64,000 nucleotides of DNA from a plasmid, in the sequence record NZ_CP090684.1. One strand, 5' to 3'. The position numbers were made by a program, and so were the translations under genes. Of the stretch, positions 19,419 through 28,258 are shown piece after piece (positions within the stretch are counted from its first letter, which is position 1; the number at the start of each line of letters is the position of its first letter). The notes under the pieces were generated by a model, which did no database searches, was not told where the DNA came from, and worked only from the letters and a program-made list of their open reading frames with translations.

Positions 19419-19511
19419 TGCATAGCTCCGTGGATGTTTGCTGACCGGGCCCCAAGATTCGGAGCCCTTCGTAGGGGTTTCCTTTCGGCGGACGCTGATT
19501 GGGTCGCAGCG

Positions 19512-19667
19512 TTGCCGCCGTTCCCCTGAGTTCATCGCCCTGCGACTCCGGAAGTTCGAGGAGGCGTCGCGTCAAGGAGGCAAGGGCGGGGGCGGTGCGG
19601 GACGAAGCGCAGCGAAGGACACGGCCCCGCACGCCTTGACGCGAGGCTGACGAGGACTACGGTCGCA
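19512..19667 (+). promoter_or_regulatory. Frpo/ssi-like structured element, copy F
   Basis: Stem gcgtcaagg pairs with ccttgacgc. -35-like TTGACG at 19636-19641, a 16-nt spacer, then TACGGT at 19658-19663. The outer stem here is ctgcgac with gtcgcag, a compensatory change relative to ccgcgac/gtcgcgg in copies D, E and G. Confidence 0.5.
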
Positions 19668-20196
19668 GAACTGGGCGATGACGGGGAACGGTGCGTAACG
19701 CGTGACCTGCGATCGCGCGAAAGGCCCGCGCGGGTAGCGCCTGTTCGCGCAGCGAAGCGGAGCGACTGGAATGGGCGGCAAGCGCCGGGCGAAGCCCTGG
19801 AGCGTTCAGTTTGTTTCCCGGTCCGTGGCGAGTTTCCTCGCCACGGATCCGGCTCGATGCCGACAGCTTTACCGCTGAAAGGCCTGATATTGGGCAGCAA
19901 CGACCACTTAGGTCGCGCGTGTGGCGCTATGGTCGCCCCCGATCCCCCGACGCGTACTCCGAAATCGAGGGGGCGACCGCGCAAACCGCCCTCCTCTCGC
20001 GCTTTCGACGCTATTGGCGCCTGGTCCCGCATCGGCCCGATGCGACGAGCCGCAGCGAGTGCGAGTACCCTGCAATGGCAAAAAACCCCACAGCTCCGAC
20101 CGCGCGCACTTACGGGCGACCGTCGCTGCCGCCATCTCGGTGTTGTTTGACTGAAGGTGCTGGGCACGGACCTTGAGAATTCCAGCACTCGTTTGC

Positions 20197-21990
20197 TCAA
20201 AGCACGAACGGCAGGTCTGCTTGCGCACTGGAGGTCGTTGCCTTGTGTGCCCATGCAGTGCGCGCCGGCGACGGCAACGCCGCAAAACGCACCGCGCGGC
20301 GAAGCAGATCAGCAACGGCATAGTCGAGCGTTAGTCCAAGCCGATCTTTGAAATCTGTACGACGCGCGATCTCGTCGTGTTCTCGTTGCTGTGCTCGTGA
20401 CAATGTCAGCGTGCCATAGTTTAGGTACCAACGGTACCCAGCCGTGATGCCTCCAGGGAAGAATCCGGCATCATGCATTTCGACCAGGCGCTCGAATTCG
20501 AAGTCCAGGATCATCTCGGCCGATTCCTCGTCGACTTCGAACCGCTTACCGGTCGGCACCTCCCAAGTGGTTCGCCCGCCCTTGAGATGGTGAACTTTCC
20601 GAGCACATGGAGAGTCTTCAGTCAAAGCCTCGAACAGCGGATCTCGGAACCCTGTCCACTGATCCGCGGTGTCGTCCCAGTGCTCTCCGACATGCAGAAA
20701 CATAGGCTCCGGCATTGGCTGCGGCGCGACCGGCATAACGTCCGGAACATCGTATCGAACGCCGTTGCAGTAGATGTCACGATAGTCAGCCCATATCGCG
20801 AAGGGTGGTGCCAGGCCTTGAAGCGATTGCATAGCATCGACGGCAATCATCATCGTCAAGGGCAACGTTTGAAATTTGGGCCGCGATCCAGTGCGCTTTG
20901 CGCGGACCAGCTCGTCTCGGTCGATCGTCATCATGTACCGCACAAGCTCTCGCACAGTGGCCGCGTTGAATGTGTCCGGCTCTATGCAGATGTAGCCTTC
21001 TTTAATGGTACGACCGACCCAATTTCGGCGGGACCAGTCATACCGAATCGCACGGATGAACTTGTTGAGGCGGTTCAGTCCACTCGCATACGCGTAGCGA
21101 TCCTCATCAAATTTGATCATCTCTTCGAGCGATCGGTCTTCCGCCTGTTGGCACGTCCAACATCCTGTCCGCGCGTCGCAGTGCCCCCTGCGCTTCCGTT
21201 TTCCGGCCGACGCCTCTTCGAATGAGAGGTCTGAGACGATCGCGCAGCTGCTGTTGCCTGCGTGCGCATAGATTCGCGAGGTTTCTCGGAAGTCCGTGTA
21301 GGTAGACCGAAGACCTGACGTTACTTCGCCGATGTACTCCCAGACGTCCTCAGTCTCCCAGTCAGCGATCACACACAGCGTGAGGTCACCCTCGTCGTTG
21401 CGCACGGGTGTATCGGCACGATCGCCACGGGCTTGCATGCCGGCCTTCCGCTTCGCGCTTTCGGCAAACCTCGATCCGAGGCATACGACCGGCTCAGCAT
21501 ACCCCTGCTGCTTCGCAGCGCGCGCGAGTTGATTTCGGAACACTCTGGAAGGCTCGATCTTCAAGCTCACTGAGCAGTCCGAGTTCGTACCTGCATAGCT
21601 TGGGAGCGCTCGACCGCTGAGAATCGTGACCTGCCAAGAGGTGGCCAGTGACGGCGCGACCGTTTGCACGTGGACCCTGACGTTGTGCCGCTTTCCGTAC
21701 GCGTGCATTTTCGCCAACTCCCGCTGGGCGTGCGCTACGATCTCAGGCGACTCGACCCCGGTGTCAGCGGTAACGACGTAGACGACCGCCTCGCCTCCTT
21801 CTGCCGCGTGTCGACGGGCGGCTTCGAGAGTCAGCGCCGCTACGACGCCACTGTCCTTACCGGCGCTGAACTGGCAGATCGCGATACGGCGCTCGTGAAA
21901 TAGCCGCCGCAAGGCCGCGACGGCACGCTCTACTCGCTGATCAAGCGTCGGCCGTTGTTGAAGATGAGGAAACAAATCGATCGTTTGCAT
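20197..21990 (-). CDS. PAPS-reductase-like / PP-loop ATP-pyrophosphatase family protein (597 aa) with a CxxC segment
   Basis: The PP-loop SAGKDSGVVAAL is an SGGKDS-type motif. A later CWTC motif resembles DndC/IbrA-like enzymes that partner with ParB-like proteins. Confidence 0.65.
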   Translation of the reverse strand: MQTIDLFPHLQQRPTLDQRVERAVAALRRLFHERRIAICQFSAGKDSGVVAALTLEAARRHAAEGGEAVVYVVTADTGVESPEIVAHAQRELAKMHAYGKRHNVRVHVQTVAPSLATSWQVTILSGRALPSYAGTNSDCSVSLKIEPSRVFRNQLARAAKQQGYAEPVVCLGSRFAESAKRKAGMQARGDRADTPVRNDEGDLTLCVIADWETEDVWEYIGEVTSGLRSTYTDFRETSRIYAHAGNSSCAIVSDLSFEEASAGKRKRRGHCDARTGCWTCQQAEDRSLEEMIKFDEDRYAYASGLNRLNKFIRAIRYDWSRRNWVGRTIKEGYICIEPDTFNAATVRELVRYMMTIDRDELVRAKRTGSRPKFQTLPLTMMIAVDAMQSLQGLAPPFAIWADYRDIYCNGVRYDVPDVMPVAPQPMPEPMFLHVGEHWDDTADQWTGFRDPLFEALTEDSPCARKVHHLKGGRTTWEVPTGKRFEVDEESAEMILDFEFERLVEMHDAGFFPGGITAGYRWYLNYGTLTLSRAQQREHDEIARRTDFKDRLGLTLDYAVADLLRRAVRFAALPSPARTAWAHKATTSSAQADLPFVL

Positions 21991-22084
21991 GGCTGCTCTA
22001 TCCGCATGTTGGGTGGCGCCGGGCCCATAGATTCCGAGTCCCGGCGTAAGCCGTTCTGTCGAGTCGGCGGGGCCGCTGCTGCGC

Positions 22085-22238
22085 CTGCCGCCGTTCCCCT
22101 GAGTTCGTCGTCCCGCGACGATCGGAGCGAGGACCGGAGCAACGTCAAGGGCGACGCGCGGGGCGGTGCGGGATGGAGCGCAGCGACTGACACGGCCCCG
22201 CGCGCCTTGATGGTGCGCAGGCCGCAGCTACAGTCGCG
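22085..22238 (+). promoter_or_regulatory. Frpo/ssi-like structured element, copy G
   Basis: -35-like TTGATG at 22207-22212, a 16-nt spacer, then TACAGT at 22229-22234, then gtcgcgg. Stem caagg...gcgcgggg pairs with ccccgcgc...ccttg. Confidence 0.5.
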
Positions 22239-22404
22239 GAGATGGACGACGAATGAGGGGGAAGAAGGAGTCAGGGCGTGACGTCGCGCGAGACAGAACG
22301 CCGCGCGGCGAGCGCCCTTTCACGCGGCAAGCGCCAGCGGCGCCGCGTGACACAATTTCGGCCTTTTAGTGCGCAGGACGGTAGAACAGCGCACTCGTCA
22401 GATA

Positions 22405-22459
22405 CCGTCGCGCGGTACGGGTGGGGCTGGCGCACCGGTCCACCCGTACCGCGCGACGG
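22405..22459. repeat. Perfect 20-bp inverted repeat (ccgtcgcgcggtacgggtgg ... ccacccgtaccgcgcgacgg) with a 15-nt spacer
   Basis: Seen directly. It lies downstream of the 22484..22774 gene, at the distal end of repeat copy G. Confidence 0.6.
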
Positions 22460-22483
22460 CTGGTTCCTAACGCGGATCCGCGG

Positions 22484-22774
22484 CTAGAAGCGTCCGGCGA
22501 TCTTCGGTTCAATTACGGCGAAGAGCGCTGCCGACTGCTCGGCGTCGAGTCCGCTGGTAAGCGCGTAGTCGATGCAACGCAAAGCGACACGCTTCGCTTC
22601 CGCTTCGAGCGCACAAACGTCAAAGAGGCTGCAGATCATGTCGGGGTGCACGATAGACGCGAGTACGTCGAGTAGCGACTCATTGCGACTATCAATGCTG
22701 GCGTCTAGGACAGCCAAGGCGTCAACGAAGGGTTGTGGAAGCGTTCGGATCATGGCTGAAAAAAAGCCGGACAA
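22484..22774 (-). CDS. Hypothetical protein (96 aa)
   Basis: ORF. The last co-oriented gene before the AT-rich, G-tract and iteron region. Confidence 0.4.
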   Translation of the reverse strand: MSGFFSAMIRTLPQPFVDALAVLDASIDSRNESLLDVLASIVHPDMICSLFDVCALEAEAKRVALRCIDYALTSGLDAEQSAALFAVIEPKIAGRF

Positions 22775-23755
22775 GCCGCGGCCGCGTACATCAAACCACC
22801 GCGCGTGGTGGTTCTTGACCGACAGAAAATATTAATTCTTATCACTTAATGAAATGACGATACTTTTAAACGTATATTGCAAACGGAGCCATTGTACGGT
22901 TAAATTAACCGGCCCTGACGATCAGGGCGTCTCTAGCAGTTCTCTTTCCCAAAGGCAGTCAAAGGCCCGCGCAAGCGGGCCTTTGGCTTTGTGCAGCGGG
23001 CATGGCCAAAAGTTAAGCACGTCGGGCGGCCCTTGTTGCCCGCGTCCGCGCCGCACGTTAGATCCGACGCGTTCGTCGGGACCGCTTCCACTAAACCGCT
23101 ATCGATCGCTGGGCGCCCCGCACGCTCATAGGTGCGCCTTGCCGGGGCGTTGCGCCCTGTTGGTATGGTCAGTTTCGCGAGCGAACGCTTATCCGCGCGC
23201 TGACCGGTTGCCCAGCGCCCTCGGCGCCTCAACCCCTTTCGGACTCTTCCGGACCGCGCCAAGAGCCTCTACGCGCTTCCATGGGAGCCTTTTTCAGACC
23301 GCGAGCCCCCTCCTTGCAGAGCATGGGGTAGACGGTGGTTGCGCGAGGGCGCGTCTCGGCAATGGGCGAGCACACGAGCGCGTTGATCACCGGGGTGGCG
23401 GGCCACCCCGGTGATCTTTTACGCGCACTTGGGGGCCGGCGTGCCATAGGCACGTCGGCGCCTTAGTGCCTGCCGCGCGAAAGGGGTGACTTGAGGGGGG
23501 TGTTTCGTATCCATGCCCCGTAGGGGCCACGATATTGCAGTTCGGGGGGGGGGGCCGGGTGGGTGGGGCCGGCTTTAGCCGGCGAACCCGGCCGGGGGGG
23601 CTCTTTGGAGCCCCCCCTCACTGAGGGTGGCGCCGTTCCATTCCGGAGTTAAAACCAAGTTAAAAAATTCGGTTAACCGCGCGCGCGTTTACGCATTTGC
23701 TGAACGCCGGTGCACAAGGGACATGGGCTGATGAGGTGGTCCGTTCGACGCGCGA

Positions 23756-24145
23756 CCGGTGGTGCGAAAGACGATCTCTGCGGGACTGATAGACGCGCAC
23801 GGTGGCGCCATAGACGCACAGCATCCGGACTTATCCACAGATTCGGTTCCGGTGGTCCAATAGACGCCCGCAAAAAATACAGCGAACACATGGCACTCGC
23901 CTGCCGCGCCGGCTGGTCCTACTGCAGAAACCCTTACTGCGTAAGCTATTGAAAGAACATGACCTTCAACTCCGGTGGTGCGATAGACGTCCCGAACGGT
24001 GGTGCGATCGACACTTCAGGAGCGACAAAGCCTCGCGACAGAGTGGTGCAATAGACGCCGGATTATGGTGGCGTGATAGACACGACGCCTCGTCACCTCG
24101 CCGGGAACGTGTCGGTTAGCGTGAGGTGGCGCGATAGACGTATCA
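23756..24145 (+). repeat. Iteron array: at least 8 direct repeats of about 17 bp, consensus GGTGGYGCRATAGACRY
   Basis: Copies at about 23756, 23798, 23849, 23972, 23995, 24041, 24065 and 24123, with a degenerate copy near 24307. Irregular 20-120 bp spacing. No rep, parA or parB gene sits directly beside the array. Confidence 0.6.
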
Positions 24146-24405
24146 GCCGACGCAACAATCGATCGGTACAGTATCCATGCGAGCCGTATGAATTCTCCCG
24201 CCGGATACTCGGTCTCGATGCTGATACACGAGCGCGGTTTGGCAGTGGCGGCCTGCCCGTTGGAGTCCGGTTGATTAAGTTGCCGCACGCGTTGCGATCT
24301 CAATTACGGTCGCGATGGAGACGCTAGCCAGGCCGAACGCGCCGGTCCCTTCACTCAGATCCGAACCCTACGGAAGCTGGAAAAAAGCGGGTGGAGGTTC
24401 TCGTA

Positions 24406-24630
24406 TCAGTGAGGGTTCTGTGCGTCGAAGCAGTCCTCAACCCAAGCCCACCGACCGTTAGCAAGCCCGCACCATTCTTGCCCTTCTCCGGTCCATCGGT
24501 TGATTCGAACCGTACCTTCACGATCGTATTGGTACCGAAGCATGATGGCAGCAATCAGCACCGCGAAGGCAATCGCGAATGCAAGCCAGCTAAGTCCTTT
24601 GTCTGCGTTCATCTTCGCGACCTCGTTCAT
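24406..24630 (-). CDS. Hypothetical small membrane protein
   Basis: ORF with one hydrophobic helix (LSWLAFAIAFAVLIAAIML). Confidence 0.35.
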   Translation of the reverse strand: MNEVAKMNADKGLSWLAFAIAFAVLIAAIMLRYQYDREGTVRINRWTGEGQEWCGLANGRWAWVEDCFDAQNPH

Positions 24631-24646
24631 GGACCGCTTTCCGTTG

Positions 24647-24859
24647 TTATAGACCAAGAGCGCGACAGGCGTCTGCCCACGCCCACGATTCGCGTTGGCC
24701 ATAACCGACAGGCTTGCGCGAGTTAGGCTTCAGTTTGACGACATATCGCACGCGCCCTCCGGCGAACGTGCCGACTTCGCGCACTACCACTGCGTCCGGA
24801 TGTTTCGCTCTCAGGCGCTGTTTTGCCGTCATCGCTTTTCCTATCGCACTTCGCGGCAC
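24647..24859 (-). CDS. Hypothetical basic protein (70 aa)
   Basis: ORF. Confidence 0.25.
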   Translation of the reverse strand: MPRSAIGKAMTAKQRLRAKHPDAVVVREVGTFAGGRVRYVVKLKPNSRKPVGYGQRESWAWADACRALGL

Positions 24860-24889
24860 ATCGCGTGCCCCCTCGATCTGGCCGACCCG

Positions 24890-25210
24890 TTACTTCGGTG
24901 AGTGCGCCAGCACGACCGACCCAGCCGCGTATCCCGGCTCAGCGTTGAGGTTCCGCAACGGCACGATGAGGGAGACGCGTGAAACGACAGCATCCTCGCA
25001 TGTCTTTTCCGTGATGGTGATTTGCCAACCAATCGACGGCTGAAGTGTACCAACGTACTTGCAATGCGCAGCGTCACTCAGGCGGATTATCCGAGGATTT
25101 GCGTCTTGCAAGCTCGTCTCCAGCATCAAAGGAACTTGCTGGCCCGCTGCCGCGCTTGTTGCAAGCGTCGCCAGTGTCACAGTCAGCGACAGCTTCTTCA
25201 TCGCGTTCAC
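24890..25210 (-). CDS. Hypothetical secreted protein (106 aa) with a signal peptide
   Basis: N-terminus MNAMKKLSLTVTLATLATSAAAG looks like a signal peptide. Confidence 0.45.
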   Translation of the reverse strand: MNAMKKLSLTVTLATLATSAAAGQQVPLMLETSLQDANPRIIRLSDAAHCKYVGTLQPSIGWQITITEKTCEDAVVSRVSLIVPLRNLNAEPGYAAGSVVLAHSPK

Positions 25211-25212
25211 CG

Positions 25213-25398
25213 TTACAGGTCGTATTTCGCGCGCAATTCAACAATCCGCTCTAAGCGCGCGTGATGCGCCGCGCGAGCTTCTGCCGAAACGTCCGCGAGA
25301 TTCACCTTTCCGCAGGCGACCGACGTTTCCCATTGAGTCGTTTCCTCAACAAGGTTGACGAGCTCCCGCATTTCGCGCTTCATCATGTCGAACACCAT
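25213..25398 (-). CDS. Hypothetical protein (61 aa)
   Basis: ORF tightly packed with its neighbours. Confidence 0.3.
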   Translation of the reverse strand: MVFDMMKREMRELVNLVEETTQWETSVACGKVNLADVSAEARAAHHARLERIVELRAKYDL

Positions 25399-25413
25399 CC
25401 CTTTCCCCTGTTC

Positions 25414-25656
25414 CTAGCCGTTAGTGAGGCCGTGAGCACCCACGCCGCGCATGAGCCGTTGCGCAATAAGACGCACGATCGCGATCGCCTCTCCGTCGTC
25501 GGACGCGAGTTCACCAAGAAGCATGGCCCGCGCAACAGCATCGCACTGCGCCGGGACTGACGCTTGGGTGAGAACAACCGCGCTCTCGTAGCCCTCAGTG
25601 CCGAGCAGCTTCTGAACTGCTCGGTCAAAATCACTTCGCTTGACGTCCATCATCAC
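25414..25656 (-). CDS. Hypothetical protein (80 aa)
   Basis: ORF. Confidence 0.35.
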   Translation of the reverse strand: MMMDVKRSDFDRAVQKLLGTEGYESAVVLTQASVPAQCDAVARAMLLGELASDDGEAIAIVRLIAQRLMRGVGAHGLTNG

Positions 25657-25671
25657 GCCTTTTCTCAGTTC

Positions 25672-25863
25672 TCAGCCGCTCTGTTTTTGATGTGCCTGAG
25701 CTGCTTCGAGGCTGTCGAAGTTACCGCGGTGATCGCGACCTTGCCAAAGCATGAAACGAGACACACCGGAAACGACGTATCTTCCGATCGTCCACCCGCT
25801 AGCGTGTGACCAGCCGTAGGGCGATTCTTGCTTCCACTCTGCTTCTGCGACTACCTCGGACAT
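25672..25863 (-). CDS. Hypothetical protein (63 aa)
   Basis: ORF. Confidence 0.3.
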   Translation of the reverse strand: MSEVVAEAEWKQESPYGWSHASGWTIGRYVVSGVSRFMLWQGRDHRGNFDSLEAAQAHQKQSG

Positions 25864-26035
25864 CGTTCTGTTTTCCTACAGTTCGTGATTCGCGGGGCAC
25901 ATCAGCGCGGAGTCGCGCTCGCTGCTCGCGATAGCCTTCCATGTGAGCAATTGTTCAATCGAGTTGCTCGATCTCTGCCTTTTCCGACCCGCGCATTCCT
26001 GTATCAGCGCTTCGGTCATTTTGTTTTCTGCTAGG

Positions 26036-26293
26036 TCAGTGGCCGAGCGGCGCGACGATTTCAATTGCCGCTGCGATCGCGAGGTAGAAGCCGACGAGAC
26101 CGAATGCGATGATCCCGATCCGCCGACTGGGACCTGGCTGAATCTGGAAAAGGTGAGCCAACACCGTTCCAGTTTTCCGCCAACTGTCCATATACGCCGC
26201 ACTCAGCGACGTCTCCGACGACCAGATGAGCATCGCCATCTGGAAACTGACGATCAACATTACGGCTACCCCAAGCGCTTGCAGTACCAACAA
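26036..26293 (-). CDS. Hypothetical membrane protein (85 aa, two TM helices)
   Basis: Hydrophobic ORF. Confidence 0.4.
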   Translation of the reverse strand: MLVLQALGVAVMLIVSFQMAMLIWSSETSLSAAYMDSWRKTGTVLAHLFQIQPGPSRRIGIIAFGLVGFYLAIAAAIEIVAPLGH

Positions 26294-27013
26294 AATTTGC
26301 CTCTCTTCTTCGATGCCGGCGTGCCGGCGTTTTCTAGGTGCCGGCTGCTCCGGCCGTTCGCGCGCTCAACGACAGGACCAAGCCAGCGGCTCCGGGCCTT
26401 CCCGTTCAGTGTTCCGAGGAGTTGTCGCTGGGCGCGTTGCATAATCGATCACCCCAGGTGCTCGATCTGCCACCGGTAGGTATCCAACTCTGTATCTAAT
26501 TTCTGCGCCATCTCAATCTTTTCCTTGTGACCTTCGAGCCAGCATTGACTAGTTTCCGCACTCCTATCGGCTCGACGCGCTGACGGCGACTCATCAGTGG
26601 CGGGTAGCCACTAGCAACAGGATCACAACGGTGCCGGACGCGATCGCCGCGAAGGTGCTGGCCGGATGGGGGAGGTGCTGTGCAATCTCAAGGCCGAAAG
26701 ACAGACAGCCCATACCGAGAGTAGCCAGGGCCACCAAAGTTGCGAGCATTCGCATTTTTTGTTTCCTCTTTGTCAGCCTGAGCGCTACGCTTCGAACGAA
26801 ATCAGTTACGCGTGTGTGCCCGTTCCACCGTTTTCCTTCATGTCGGCAGCGCCGGCTTTTGCCGGTCAATCGTAGCGTCTGATCGGAGCAAGACCGCGTT
26901 GCTCGCGAAGCGCATCTTCTGCCCGCTCCATCGACGCCAAGCGGTACTGTGCTGACGAACAGTCCGGAGGGTCCAGCGCCCATACGTGCGGCTCCCGCGT
27001 ACGTGCCAGAGAC

Positions 27014-27676
27014 TCAATCTCGGCCTTCCTCGGCTCGTCGTTTTCGGATTTCATCATCGCGATTTTCACGTTGTCTGTCCCTCGGATCAATCACGTCGGC
27101 GAAAGCCGGCCGCAAGCGATCCGGGTCATAGAGTCCAAGTACCCGACCCAGACGCATCCCTACTGTCGGGCAGCCGAGCTTTTCCAGGTAGATCATCGCG
27201 CCCGCACACATGCTCTCCTGGCCGCTGGCCACATAGTTGCCATCGCCATCCCACTCCCCGCCAGTTCGCTCGTTATGCACGGTCTTGTGGCAGTGAAACG
27301 TGCCTCGATCGTCCTTCACCAAGGCGTCCACGATACCGTCGAGGCGGCCAGGCGCGAGCTCGATAGCCCCGACCTTGAGAAACGGGCAGTTCTCACATGG
27401 GCGACGCAGCTTGAAGTGCGAGTCATTTCCAGACGCCATTACGTTTTCCGTTGCGTAGATGCTGCGCGCGTTCGCGCCGTTACCGTCGGTAATACATGGG
27501 TCGCAGGCCTGCCTCCAAAGCTCCAAATTCCACTGCGAAACCGTGCGACCGTCCAAAGCTTTTCGTTCATTGCGTTTTCCGGTGCGGTATCCGCTGAACG
27601 TCGAAGTGGGCTGCTGCGTAACGCGCGTTGCAGTTCCAAACTTCCGCGCCGTCGCGGGTGAATGTCGCGCAACCAT
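27014..27676 (-). CDS. Hypothetical Cys-rich protein (220 aa)
   Basis: Motifs PCENCPF and FHCHKTVHN suggest a metal-binding site. Confidence 0.4.
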   Translation of the reverse strand: MVARHSPATARKFGTATRVTQQPTSTFSGYRTGKRNERKALDGRTVSQWNLELWRQACDPCITDGNGANARSIYATENVMASGNDSHFKLRRPCENCPFLKVGAIELAPGRLDGIVDALVKDDRGTFHCHKTVHNERTGGEWDGDGNYVASGQESMCAGAMIYLEKLGCPTVGMRLGRVLGLYDPDRLRPAFADVIDPRDRQRENRDDEIRKRRAEEGRD

Positions 27677-27840
27677 TCTTCACGACCATCCTTGCGCGCG
27701 GAAACACAGCACTGTGGCCATTCGCGGCTGCCGAGAATATTGTGCGCTCGCGGCACGTTGCCTCGTATTCACCGTCGGCAAGCATTCGGTTGGCTCGTTT
27801 GCTGTTCATCATGTTGACCTTGCTCAGTATTTTTCCTTGC

Positions 27841-28134
27841 TCAGTTTTCGAGCGTCTGACTCAATGCACAAACAGCATCGCTAAAAAGCCTAACCTGCCA
27901 ACCGAGCCCCTTATACACATCTTCGGCGGCGTCTCGCGCTCGTCGTACCTTCGCCACTCCCAAGGTGTAACCTCGTGCCTTCGTGCAGACCGTCACCGAG
28001 CCTGCCGGTCGTCCGCGTGCGTCGATTGCGGTGATTACGGTCCCTCGGGAATCGTCTTCTGCAATCCATCCTGCAGGTAGCTCGATCGGCAATCTTTCAG
28101 TTCCCACCATAGTTTCTCCGGTTTTCCGGCTCAC
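27841..28134 (-). CDS. Hypothetical protein (97 aa)
   Basis: ORF. Confidence 0.35.
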   Translation of the reverse strand: MSRKTGETMVGTERLPIELPAGWIAEDDSRGTVITAIDARGRPAGSVTVCTKARGYTLGVAKVRRARDAAEDVYKGLGWQVRLFSDAVCALSQTLEN

Positions 28135-28258
28135 AAATTTTCACTTTGCGTTGTCGTGCGGACACTGCTTCTGATTGTGGTCAGCCGGTTTCCCCCGAAC
28201 GGTCGCTGCGCACAATGTGGTGCACGACTCGTCTGGTCAACTTTTCGCTTCCCGTCCT

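Noticed and set aside
6374-22234. Reading the -35/-10 motifs as ordinary dsDNA promoters for antisense or non-coding RNAs running to higher coordinates
   Set aside because: This cannot be excluded. However, the motif always sits inside the conserved hairpin with covarying stems, and its orientation relative to the leading-region genes is exactly what a single-strand promoter requires. A dsDNA reading would produce only antisense RNA to the upstream gene.
6133-22483. Other interpretations of the seven repeats: a CRISPR array, integron attC sites, RfaH ops/JUMPstart leaders, or tRNA-like segments
   Set aside because: The units are 0.5-0.8 kb long and separated by whole operons, so they are not CRISPR. 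There is no attC R/L core organisation. The best ops-like match (GGCGGCAGCTGC versus GGCGGTAGnnTG) has 3 mismatches at conserved positions. The gattccgagtccc stretch lacks tRNA acceptor and anticodon structure.
6133-22483. Short conserved peptides apparently encoded within the repeats, such as RRDDELRGTAAA and RRTQGNGGSC.ARPADS
   Set aside because: Conservation is at the DNA level. The same nucleotide block is read in different frames in different copies, and the indels between copies are not multiples of 3.
23540-23560. G11 homopolymer as a phase-variation switch
   Set aside because: It is not inside or immediately upstream of any ORF. It is more likely part of the GC-hairpin cluster of the origin-like region.
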